Below, one piece after another: positions 29,810 through 38,624 of a stretch of DNA of 64,000 nt. Position numbers and translations under genes: made by a program. The DNA comes from an uncultured Verrucomicrobiae bacterium (GTDB lineage Bacteria > Verrucomicrobiota > Verrucomicrobiia > Chthoniobacterales > JAFAMB01): NCBI GenBank assembly GCA_963837955.1, contig CAWIPH010000002.1, forward strand, positions 896,001 to 960,000, written 5' to 3'. Positions within the stretch are counted from its first letter, which is position 1, and every line of letters starts with the position of its first letter. The notes below the pieces were generated by a model. It saw nothing but the letters and a program-made list of their open reading frames with translations. It made no database searches and was not told the origin of the DNA.

Positions 29810-30646
29810 TTAGGATTTGGCGGCCTGCCACACAGTTTCGATGATCGGGCGAAGGCGGGCGGCGTCATCCCAACTGTTTGGGAGTTGTTCGAGGTTGTAT
29901 CCGCTGCTGACCGGGCCCATTTCGGGAACGACGAATAACTCGCGATCGGACGGTTGGTTTCCTTGCAACCAGAGCCTGAACGTGTCCTTGACGAACGGTA
30001 GCCACTCCTGGAATTCGCGACTTAGCGAACCGTCCGGACGCGTGACCGGGACCTGGCAATGGTGACCGTTGAAGGGACGGAAATGAAACTGGCAGGACCT
30101 TTGCACCAGGTCGGGACGAACCAGGAGTCTTTCGGAAAACGCGCTGGCTGCGAGATGCTTGACGACGGCAAAGTGAGAGAAATCCCAGGTAATTGGCAAT
30201 AAACGGCCGGTGGCTTGGCCATAGGCGTTGGCCAGAGCGTAGGTTTTTTCAGGAGTTTCGGTGCAGGTGTCTCGGTGCACTTCGATGGAGAGCTCCAGCT
30301 CGCCAATATCTTCCGCCGTCTCGAAGAGCTGAAGTGTTAACCGGAGGGCGGCATCCGTCAATGTGTCATGGTCTCCCAGCTGGACATTAATATGTCTAGC
30401 GCCTGCCAATTTCTGGATTTCGAGCAAAGACCTGAACTCTCCAATATCGCTTGAGGAAATGTAGCCGACGATCGTCAGCTTTCGCTGATGGGCGGCTATA
30501 CCAAGTTCAGGCGTGATCCGGCCGGTGATACCGTCGAACCCGGCAGCTTTGACCGCATCAAGCTGTTCATCAGCGGACCAGGGTTGTTCCGCAGTCGGGT
30601 ATTGGCGCAAGGACCAAAGATTAGCAATGTGGCAGAGAGTGGCCAT
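29810..30646 (-). CDS. Xylose-isomerase-like TIM-barrel protein (sugar phosphate isomerase/epimerase family)
   Basis: AAGFDG, EVHRD, WDFSHF, HFRPFNG and PEMGP metal-binding pattern. Confidence 0.75.
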   Translation of the reverse strand: MATLCHIANLWSLRQYPTAEQPWSADEQLDAVKAAGFDGITGRITPELGIAAHQRKLTIVGYISSSDIGEFRSLLEIQKLAGARHINVQLGDHDTLTDAALRLTLQLFETAEDIGELELSIEVHRDTCTETPEKTYALANAYGQATGRLLPITWDFSHFAVVKHLAASAFSERLLVRPDLVQRSCQFHFRPFNGHHCQVPVTRPDGSLSREFQEWLPFVKDTFRLWLQGNQPSDRELFVVPEMGPVSSGYNLEQLPNSWDDAARLRPIIETVWQAAKS

Positions 30647-30669
30647 TACATGGCTATGGCGTTTCTCCT

Positions 30670-30700
30670 ATTTGTCATCAGTCATTTGTCATTTGTCATT
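30670..30700. repeat. Heptamer tandem repeat (ATTTGTC)n
   Basis: atttgtc atcagtc atttgtc atttgtc att, between rbsD and the TIM-barrel gene. Confidence 0.7.
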
Positions 30701-30709
30701 CGCGCCCTC

Positions 30710-31171
30710 TTACTTCGCGAGATGCCTCGCGTAGTAAGGGGGCGCGACGGTGCCTGGTTTGCTGAACCACTTGGGGACATCAACGCCGGAGTACAAGAGG
30801 ATATTGCCCCAGGGATCGAAGGCGCCTGTTCGCACGATGAATTTGGCTTTGCTGGAGAGCTCGGTCAGGATTTGTTGATGCGGGACGGTGATAAAATCTG
30901 CACCCGCGAAGATCTTGTCGACTTTACGTTTCAGTTCCGGATTGTTCTCAGCCATTTCGGCCGCGTATCCGACTTTTTCGGCAATGAAATCCTGAGCAAT
31001 CGCGCTAAGTACCGTTGGTAAGTCGGGGAGATCAGGTAAGATCGCGAGGTCGATCCGCGGTACCTGGCTGGGGATGGGAAAACCGGCGTCACAAACGATC
31101 AAGAGATCGCCATGGCCCATCGCGGCGATGGCCTCATTAAGGGGCAGATTCAGAAGTCCGTTTCTTTTCAT
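30710..31171 (-). CDS. rbsD: RbsD/FucU-family sugar pyranase/mutarotase
   Basis: MKRNGLLN, MGHGDLLIVCDAGFPIP, RIDLA and IVRTG...PWGNILLYSGV motifs. Confidence 0.88.
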   Translation of the reverse strand: MKRNGLLNLPLNEAIAAMGHGDLLIVCDAGFPIPSQVPRIDLAILPDLPDLPTVLSAIAQDFIAEKVGYAAEMAENNPELKRKVDKIFAGADFITVPHQQILTELSSKAKFIVRTGAFDPWGNILLYSGVDVPKWFSKPGTVAPPYYARHLAK

Positions 31172-31190
31172 GGGAAGGAACTGGCAGGGT

Positions 31191-32120
31191 TTACTCGAAA
31201 TGTTTTCGGTATAAGGCGTCGACCGCATCGCGCCGAGGGAGTCCGGGGATCACACCAAGTTTCGTGCAAGCGAGGGCGCCCGCGCAGGAGGCAAATTGCG
31301 CTGCGGCTCGGAGATCCCTGGACTCGGCTATTGCCACAGCGAGTGCAGCGTTGAACGCGTCTCCAGCCCCAGTCGTATCAGTGACTTCGACGGGAACAGC
31401 TGGAATCTCCTGTTCGCCGGCATTATCCAGAATGAGAAGACCATGTTCGCCTCGGGTTGCAATCACGGTGCAACCAAAGCGTTGGCGGAGTTTCCGGGCG
31501 AGCTGGGACGTAGGGGTGGGATCGTCGGGTCGCAATCCCAGCAGGATGCGGAGTTCGGTCTCGTTAGGAGTAATCAGATCGACATTGTGAAGAAGATCAT
31601 CCGGGAGAGGAGCAGCCGGCGCAGGGTTAAGGATGGTCTTGGCGCCGTGCTTACGCCCAAGCGACATTCCTTCGGCGGCGGCTTCAATCGGGATTTCGAG
31701 CACAGTGAGAACAACGTCGCTGGCGGCAATTTGGTCCTCTGCCTGCTGCACGAAAGCTCTATCCAGAAGCTTGTTCGCGCCCATATCGAGAATGATACCG
31801 TTCCGTCCTTCTGGATTCAGGATAATAAAGCCAACGCCGGTAGCAGCTTGTTTCGTTTGCTTGAGCCAATCGGTATGCACGCCTTCGGCTCTGTACAGGT
31901 CGATAGCGATCGCGCCGAGTTTGTCACTACCGATCAGTCCGATGAAATTAGCCTCCGCACCGAGCCGAACCGCAGCAACAGCCTGGTTCGACCCTTTGCC
32001 GCCCGGCCCCATATCAAAATCCGAGCCTAACAGTGTTTCGCCGAAAATAGGCATGCGGTCGGTGCGCAGCGTCATGCCGACTGCGAAACTGCCCACTACG
32101 CTAACTATCCGAGAGCTCAT
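31191..32120 (-). CDS. rbsK: Ribokinase (PfkB family)
   Basis: GGKGSNQAVAA, LNPAPA, PNETE and DTTGAGDAF motifs. Confidence 0.88.
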   Translation of the reverse strand: MSSRIVSVVGSFAVGMTLRTDRMPIFGETLLGSDFDMGPGGKGSNQAVAAVRLGAEANFIGLIGSDKLGAIAIDLYRAEGVHTDWLKQTKQAATGVGFIILNPEGRNGIILDMGANKLLDRAFVQQAEDQIAASDVVLTVLEIPIEAAAEGMSLGRKHGAKTILNPAPAAPLPDDLLHNVDLITPNETELRILLGLRPDDPTPTSQLARKLRQRFGCTVIATRGEHGLLILDNAGEQEIPAVPVEVTDTTGAGDAFNAALAVAIAESRDLRAAAQFASCAGALACTKLGVIPGLPRRDAVDALYRKHFE

Positions 32121-32128
32121 AATTGGGA

Positions 32129-33646
32129 CTAATGTGAATTAGCAAGATGGTTACCCATGGCGCTGGCAAGGATCCGTTCTTGGGTCGCCTCTGACCGATT
32201 GAACTCGCCGGTGATCCGGCCGGCGTGCATCGCGAGAATGCGGTCACATTGACCGATCAACTCCGGCAATTCCGAAGAGACTATCAGAATCGAAACACCA
32301 GTGGCGGCGAGGCTACCGAGAATCGCGTAGATCTCGGCCTTGGCGCCGACATCGATCCCCCGGGTTGGCTCGTGTAATAGCAGCAGCCGTGGTTGCCGGG
32401 CCAGTCCCCGAGCGAGAATTACCTTTTGCTGGTTGCCTCCACTTAAGGTGCCGGCTCGTTGTTTTTCTGAGTGAGCACGGATGCTCAACTGCCGAAGGTA
32501 ATTTTTCGCGAGTGCGAGCATGCGTTTCTTTGAAAGAACCCCCAGTGAACTAACCAACGGCAGATTGGCAGCCACGATGTTATCGGCAATAGAGAGAATC
32601 GAAAAAAGGCCGGAGCCGCGCCGATCGGCCGGTATGACGGCGATTCCAAGACCAATTGCCTCCTCCGGGGAACCTAAGTTCGCTGGCTTATCCTCGATCC
32701 AAACCTGTCCCGAAAAGCGCCGGAGACCACTGAGGCATTCGACTACCTCTTCTTTACCGGAGCCAGGCAACCCAGCCAGACCAAGCATTTCCCCTTGACG
32801 CACCTCGAAGCTTACGTTCCGGAGAAGGCTTGGTTCGGTGAGCTTGCGAACAACCAAAACCGGCTTCGTACTGGGATGACCCGGCACCTCGCGGCTAAAC
32901 AGATGGTTCACTTCTCGTCCCACCATTTTCCGGATAATTTCCGGGACGGTGAAGCAGTCGGCAGGTCGTGAGTCAACGACCTCGCCGTCACGCATGACCG
33001 TGAGCCGGTCGGCCAGTTCTAACACTTCTTCCAGCCGGTGAGAAATATAGACGATACCCACTTGCTGTTGTCGGAGTTGGTTGATCACGCGGAAGAGGTA
33101 TTTCGATTCTTCGAACGTCAGCGCAGAGTTCGGCTCATCGAGAATCAGGACGCGAACATTGGTGGCGAGGGCTTTAGCGATCTCGATCAGTTGTTGCTGA
33201 GCGAGCGTCAGTTTACAGACCGGCACGGTGGGATCAATTCCGGTCAACCCAATTCTTTCGAGGTCGCGGCCGGCTTCGGAACGGAGGCGGGCCCGATTCA
33301 GCGGAGCAAACAGAGGAGCTGTGGCCGCACGATGAAGCGAAATATTCTCGGCGGCCGAGAGGTTCGGACAAAGGGCGAGCTCCTGGTAGACGACGCTAAT
33401 CCCAAGCTGTTGAGCGTGGTGAGGGTTTCGAATCCGAATTTCTTTACCGCGATAGAAAATCTCGCCGGCGTCCGGTTGCAGTTCGCCGGCGAGTAGGTTG
33501 ATTAACGTGCTTTTACCCGCACCGTTCTCGCCGACCAAGGCGTGAACTTCGCCAACCCGGATGTCGAAGTCGACTTGATTGAGCGCAACAGTGCTCGAAA
33601 AACGCTTGGTTAGCGCTCGAACGGCGATGATCGGTTCGCTACTCAC
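32129..33646 (-). CDS. Sugar ABC transporter ATP-binding protein (RbsA-like, two ABC domains)
   Basis: GENGAGKS, LSGGNQQK and EPTRGIDVGAK motifs. Confidence 0.95.
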   Translation of the reverse strand: MSSEPIIAVRALTKRFSSTVALNQVDFDIRVGEVHALVGENGAGKSTLINLLAGELQPDAGEIFYRGKEIRIRNPHHAQQLGISVVYQELALCPNLSAAENISLHRAATAPLFAPLNRARLRSEAGRDLERIGLTGIDPTVPVCKLTLAQQQLIEIAKALATNVRVLILDEPNSALTFEESKYLFRVINQLRQQQVGIVYISHRLEEVLELADRLTVMRDGEVVDSRPADCFTVPEIIRKMVGREVNHLFSREVPGHPSTKPVLVVRKLTEPSLLRNVSFEVRQGEMLGLAGLPGSGKEEVVECLSGLRRFSGQVWIEDKPANLGSPEEAIGLGIAVIPADRRGSGLFSILSIADNIVAANLPLVSSLGVLSKKRMLALAKNYLRQLSIRAHSEKQRAGTLSGGNQQKVILARGLARQPRLLLLHEPTRGIDVGAKAEIYAILGSLAATGVSILIVSSELPELIGQCDRILAMHAGRITGEFNRSEATQERILASAMGNHLANSH

Positions 33647-33683
33647 AGGCCAGATCTACCAGGTTCTTGTCCGAGACAAAATC

Positions 33684-34691
33684 CTACGACCCTTGCTTAC
33701 TCGCGATCAGATAGTCGCCGATGTTCTTGGCATCGTAGACGACCGCGCCGGTATCGACGCTTTTGACTTGTTTGCCTTTGAGTACATCGAGCAACAGGCG
33801 GACCGCTTCATAGCTCTGCTTTTCCGGCCCTTGGTCAATCGTGGCGGAAATGATATTTCCCTGCACGAGCTTGATCGTTTCGGGAAGCATGTCGAAGCCG
33901 ACGATCTTCACTTTTCCAGTTAATCCGTTTCGTTGGACGTAATTGCCGGCCGCCGGGGTTGAGCAGCATTCCAGCGACAGAATTCCGTTCACGTCGGGAT
34001 GCGCGAGCATGGCATTTTCCACTGAAGAATAGATTTGCTGGGGTTCCGTGCTGGTGTTGATGGTGGCAAGGACTTTAATGCCAGGATATTTGGCCAGCGC
34101 TTCGCGCGCTCCCTTCTCCCGGTCGAGCGACCATTGGGCCGCGGCATCCAATGTGGTGATGAGAACGTTACCTTTTCCGCCGAGGGTTTCCGCCAACAAT
34201 TTTCCGGCGATCCGACCCGATTCCACCAGATCCTGGCCCGCGAACGCTAGCCGTTTGCTGGTGGGATTGTCGGTGTTGTAAGTAACGACCGGGATGCCTT
34301 GGGCCAAAGCACGATTAATCACTGGGGCGAGCGCATCCGTGCTTACTGACGAGATGGCTAATCCGTCGACTCCTTTTTGAATCAGGCTTTCGATTTCGGC
34401 AACCTGCTTCTCGGCGTCAGCACCGACCGGGCCGACCATCTTGACGTCGGCTTTGAAATCGGTTGCTGCCTTTTCGACCCCTTTCTTTATGAAAGGAGCG
34501 AACTCGTTCGAGACATCATGGTAGGAGACGCGGATCACGGGGCTTGAATCCTTCGTGATCCGATCCTTGATTGCGCTCGATAGCGTGAACGCACTGCTCT
34601 CTTCCGCCCGCACCTGGGCGGTCACGGCAACGCTAAATAGTGGCAACAGCAGCCACCTGCCAATTTGGTATTTTCTGATTTTGATGTTCAT
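33684..34691 (-). CDS. Sugar ABC transporter substrate-binding protein (RbsB-like)
   Basis: Signal peptide; GIPVVTYNTD, VKIVGFD and ATIDQGP motifs. Confidence 0.92.
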   Translation of the reverse strand: MNIKIRKYQIGRWLLLPLFSVAVTAQVRAEESSAFTLSSAIKDRITKDSSPVIRVSYHDVSNEFAPFIKKGVEKAATDFKADVKMVGPVGADAEKQVAEIESLIQKGVDGLAISSVSTDALAPVINRALAQGIPVVTYNTDNPTSKRLAFAGQDLVESGRIAGKLLAETLGGKGNVLITTLDAAAQWSLDREKGAREALAKYPGIKVLATINTSTEPQQIYSSVENAMLAHPDVNGILSLECCSTPAAGNYVQRNGLTGKVKIVGFDMLPETIKLVQGNIISATIDQGPEKQSYEAVRLLLDVLKGKQVKSVDTGAVVYDAKNIGDYLIASKQGS

Positions 34692-34706
34692 AGGGGGAGA
34701 TTGTCT

Positions 34707-35726
34707 TCATTTCAGGCGCCTGCTTTCGGTCCACTTATCGAGGGCCACGGCGAAGATAATGACCAAGCCGATAACAGTGGTTTGCCAGAACGGGGAGATG
34801 CCCAGAAGGATCAGTCCGTTCCGGAGGACGCCGATGATAAGGACTCCAAGGACCGTCCCGAGGATAGTGCCTTCGCCGCCCGACAGGGATGATCCTCCGA
34901 CGATGGCGGCGGCAATTACGTCAAGCTCAAGGCCGACGCCGGTTCGCCCGGCCTGACCGCTCGGCAAAAAAGCGAGACTCAAAATTCCGGCGAATCCGCT
35001 CAGCAGCCCGATCAAAATGAAAGCCAGAATCTTAGTGTGGAACACCTGGATCCCGGACAGCCGAGCGGCTTTTTCGCTGCCACCAACAGCGTAAACTCGA
35101 AACCCGAAAACGGTGCGGGAAAGCAGCCACCAGGCCGCGATCGCGACCGAAATGAAGATCACTAGTAGCATAGGAACGATATTGAAGAGGTGCCCTTGCC
35201 CGAGGAAATAAAACTGGTCGATTACATCGGGACGACCGCCCTGACTGGTATTGACCGTGACCGGTTGTCCGTCCGTCATGAGCAATGCGCCTCCGCGGAC
35301 GACGCTGAGCATGCCGAGCGTGGCTATAAACGAAGGGAGTTTGCCATAGGTGGAGAGCAATCCATTCACAAATCCGATTGCCGCTCCGATCATGAGCCCG
35401 ACCATCAGCGCTGGCACCAACAGCCAGCCCTTCACTAATAAGATCCCAGTGGTTAATCCCGAAAACGCGTAAATCGACCCAACCGATAAGTCGACCTCTC
35501 TCGTGATCAGCACAAAAGTCATCCCGATCGCCATGACGCCGAGCAGCGAGATTTGACGACCAATGTTAAGCAAGTTTCTCAGTGCGAGAAACCCGGTCGT
35601 GGAGAATGACAAGAGTACACAGATGATCAGCAGCGCCAGTAGGATACCGGTCTCACGTGCAGCAAACGTCGCGAAGAATCGGCGGGCCAAACCGTGTCGA
35701 GCACGATTGATTGCGGTTTGTTCCAT
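34707..35726 (-). CDS. Sugar ABC transporter permease (RbsC-like)
   Basis: DLSVGS, PSFIATLG and ELDVIAAAIVGGSSLSGGEG motifs. Confidence 0.95.
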   Translation of the reverse strand: MEQTAINRARHGLARRFFATFAARETGILLALLIICVLLSFSTTGFLALRNLLNIGRQISLLGVMAIGMTFVLITREVDLSVGSIYAFSGLTTGILLVKGWLLVPALMVGLMIGAAIGFVNGLLSTYGKLPSFIATLGMLSVVRGGALLMTDGQPVTVNTSQGGRPDVIDQFYFLGQGHLFNIVPMLLVIFISVAIAAWWLLSRTVFGFRVYAVGGSEKAARLSGIQVFHTKILAFILIGLLSGFAGILSLAFLPSGQAGRTGVGLELDVIAAAIVGGSSLSGGEGTILGTVLGVLIIGVLRNGLILLGISPFWQTTVIGLVIIFAVALDKWTESRRLK

Positions 35727-35748
35727 AATCTGAAAGCCAGCAACGGTC

Positions 35749-37074
35749 TTATACGTCGTTCGCTATCTGCTTACCTTTCTCGATGAGAGCTTGGGCTCGC
35801 TCGGTGATCGCCACCTTTTCTTCGGGGCGCGCCGATTGAATCATCTTTTGCACCAGCTCCTCGCAACGCTTTCGAACCTGTTCCGGCGGCGGTATTCTTC
35901 CGGGATTGGCTTCATGCAACGCTTTCAACCAGCGGTTCCCGTAGGTGGCGTGGATGGTTTCATCGGCCCAGTCGAAATCCATGTCGTGTTCGCTAGCTTC
36001 GTCCCCGATCTGTCGGAAGGCGGCGGTGCGCTCCGGCTTGCGCCCGATGTTTTTCGTTTCAAAGAAATAAAGCATGCCGAGTCGATAAATCGGATCTTCG
36101 CCATTCGCGCTTTCATAAATGTATGAGCCGAGCGGAACGTCAGAACAGTCGAAGCCCCAAGCGTCCAAGCGTTCCTTGCCCATCCGGCAATGACGCGCCT
36201 CGTCGTAAGTCCATCGGGCGGCTTCGTGTATCCATTCCCAAGGCAGATCTTCGGCGAATTCACTCAGGATGATCCCGCCTGTTTCGACTGCCCAGACTTC
36301 ATTGAGATGACTGACCGCCGAACGAAGCTGTAGTAACAGTCCTTCGCCATAAGGGAATTTTGCATCGACCACATCCGGCCAGTAGAAACGACACGGCCAA
36401 TAACGAGGATCTCGGGCGGGCTTATCGGGAATCGTCATAGGCCGCGAACCCTCCGGCAGCGCCACTTCGAGGCTGGGCGGAGCTTCGTCGGTGCCAACGC
36501 CGCCGAGTTCTTCCAACAGGTTAGCCAAGGAGCTCACCCAACGTTCGGCGGCCTCTCGCTCACTCGGACTTCGCTGAAGCTCGTCTGTTGCCCATTGGGC
36601 GATGGTGTTGATCTGCTTTTGCTTTTCTGCCAGCCCCAATTCCAAGAACCGGTAAGTTGGAGCATCGGCTAACGGATCTGAATGACGCAAAAATTCTTCA
36701 TATGCGTCCCGTAATGCGGGGAGCGTTACTCGGGCGAGTCCACCGAGAAAGGCGCTCGCGGAGGGTGCTTGGAGCAGAAAAGCGAACGCGGTGGCGAGCG
36801 GGCGATCAGCCCCTTGTTCTTCCAATAGCCGGCTCGGGAATCGGAGTTCAAACACGCGATCTCTCAGATCATTGGCTGTCTCGGCATTCTGCCAACTGAA
36901 GTACGGTAGCGTCGTCTTAATTTCGAGCCGCTGGATATGCGGTAACCAGGCTGAACAGCTGATTATCAGCGAGCGCTCGCAAAAATAGAATCGTTTAAGA
37001 ATTTGCGCGGTATCGAGGCGCTTCCATCTCGCTCGGGGTTGATCGGCCTTAAGATAGGTATCTGGAAGACTCAT
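35749..37074 (-). CDS. Ferritin-like diiron protein (DUF455-like), function unknown
   Basis: C-terminal half carries a four-helix-bundle ligand set: HLNEVWAVE, YDEARH, FFETK, ADETIH. Confidence 0.7.
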   Translation of the reverse strand: MSLPDTYLKADQPRARWKRLDTAQILKRFYFCERSLIISCSAWLPHIQRLEIKTTLPYFSWQNAETANDLRDRVFELRFPSRLLEEQGADRPLATAFAFLLQAPSASAFLGGLARVTLPALRDAYEEFLRHSDPLADAPTYRFLELGLAEKQKQINTIAQWATDELQRSPSEREAAERWVSSLANLLEELGGVGTDEAPPSLEVALPEGSRPMTIPDKPARDPRYWPCRFYWPDVVDAKFPYGEGLLLQLRSAVSHLNEVWAVETGGIILSEFAEDLPWEWIHEAARWTYDEARHCRMGKERLDAWGFDCSDVPLGSYIYESANGEDPIYRLGMLYFFETKNIGRKPERTAAFRQIGDEASEHDMDFDWADETIHATYGNRWLKALHEANPGRIPPPEQVRKRCEELVQKMIQSARPEEKVAITERAQALIEKGKQIANDV

Positions 37075-37174
37075 GGGTTGAGCGGGGGAGCCAAATCGAA
37101 AACTAAGCTGACCATATCTTTGCTTTTTCTCGGAGAGAATGCAGGATTATCTGCGAGACATGGAGGATCCTATC

Positions 37175-38059
37175 ATGCGATCAGCTCGGCCAGAGACTGA
37201 GTTTCTTGTTTCGTGTTATCACACGCCTTCCGAAGCGGTCCGGCGTATTTTCAACGTTGTCCTCCGGGCCGGCCACTTGCGGGCTGCGTCGGACTATCGG
37301 ATTGAGCGACGTCATTTACCCGGTCACGATCTTCTGTTTTGCCTTGCTGGAAACGGATTCATCTTGAGTGCCAACCGGCGCTACCAGGTAAGACCAGACG
37401 AGCTCGCTTGGATCTCGGGATATCATCCCCATGCGCATTGGGCAAACCCTCAGGCCCCTTGGGAACTTCTCTGGATGAGAATTGACGGAAGTCAGCTGGA
37501 ACAAACCTGGAACATTCTATCCGGCGATCGGGCCCCGGTTTTTTCCGGACTGAACCGGGAACGAATCGTCGCGCCCTTCCTGCGGATCCTTGGACTGATG
37601 ACGCAGAGGCCCCTCGCGATCGATGCCCTCTTGAACGCGCAGGTCGCGGAGATTCTTTCCCAATTGTTTGAGGCCAGGCAGGCAGAAACGGCTGAATCGC
37701 TACGCCGTCTGCCCATGGTTTCTCCTGAATTGAAGACCGCTCTGACGAAAATGGCTTTGTATCCTGATCGTCCGTGGAGAGTGGCCGACCTTGCGCAATT
37801 GAGTGGGTTGAGCGAGCCCCATTTCTATCGAAGGTTCAAGCTCGTGACCGGATCGTCGCCGATTGATTGGTTAAGGCGAGAACGGATCAATCACGCAAGG
37901 CGACGTCTGCTCGAGAGTACCGATTCAATCAAACAGATCTCAGAACAAGTCGGGTACAATGATCCATTTTTCTTTAGCCGCGATTTTAAGCGCTACACCG
38001 GCGTATCGCCGTCGGAGTATCGGAGACAACAGCTGGCGGTGCGGGCGTCGCCCGTATGA
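37175..38059 (+). CDS. AraC-family transcriptional regulator
   Basis: Cupin-like N-domain; C-terminal LSEPHFYRRFK...SIKQISEQVGYNDPFFFSRDFKRYTGVSPSEYR; SD GGAGG before ATG 37175 (alternative starts 37139 and 37160). Confidence 0.93.
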   Translation: MRSARPETEFLVSCYHTPSEAVRRIFNVVLRAGHLRAASDYRIERRHLPGHDLLFCLAGNGFILSANRRYQVRPDELAWISGYHPHAHWANPQAPWELLWMRIDGSQLEQTWNILSGDRAPVFSGLNRERIVAPFLRILGLMTQRPLAIDALLNAQVAEILSQLFEARQAETAESLRRLPMVSPELKTALTKMALYPDRPWRVADLAQLSGLSEPHFYRRFKLVTGSSPIDWLRRERINHARRRLLESTDSIKQISEQVGYNDPFFFSRDFKRYTGVSPSEYRRQQLAVRASPV

Positions 38060-38093
38060 CAAATAGCAAATGACAGATGACAAATGACAGATT
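38057..38093. repeat. Heptamer tandem repeat (TGACAAA/TGACAGA)n
   Basis: tgacaaa tagcaaa tgacaga tgacaaa tgacaga, beginning at the araC stop. Confidence 0.7.
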
Positions 38094-38113
38094 GGGCGGC
38101 TTCGCCAACGATG

Positions 38114-38581
38114 GGTAGGGCGAAAACCTCGGCGCGCTGGAAACGTTGCCATGTTTGCTGGGTGGTCCGCGCCGGGTTTGAGCCGTTGTTGGAATGGCCC
38201 CTGATGCGTCTTTTCTTGCATGGGTGATGAGTCTTTGGCCGTCGACAGCACCTTGGCAAAGCCACAACGGCTCAAGCCGATCCCGCTGAGACGGTATCAG
38301 GCTTTCGCCCTACCGACCATTGGTAGGGCGAAAGCCCGACTCCGCAAAGCCTTCGTCGCGGCCAACTCTATGGCGTTCCTAGGCCCACTGCAGGGCACGC
38401 CGTAGTCTGCGAAGGCGGCCTGGAGCGGTCTCAGCCGCGCCGGCTTGAGCCATTCGTGCCTGATCGTGTGCTTTCAGAACCCCATCGCTCGGCAAGATCG
38501 ATCCTTGGGCGTGGCTCAAACCCGGCGCGTGAGCCATAGCCATCAAAACGTTTTTCACCGCGCCGAGGTTTTCGCCCTACC
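38114..38581. repeat. Tandem REP/REPIN-like palindromic cluster (GGTAGGGCGA family)
   Basis: Perfect 23-bp IR at 38114-38136/38559-38581; 17-bp IR at 38168-38184/38513-38529; internal TCGCCCTACC (38305) and GGTAGGGCGA (38322). Confidence 0.8.
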
Positions 38582-38624
38582 GTGATGGGCGATCGCTGAA
38601 ACATGCATCCTGCAATTTGCCCGT

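Noticed and set aside
38100..38620. Repeat cluster considered as a CRISPR array
   Set aside because: The repeats are inverted and nested, not equal-length direct repeats with unique spacers; there are no cas genes.
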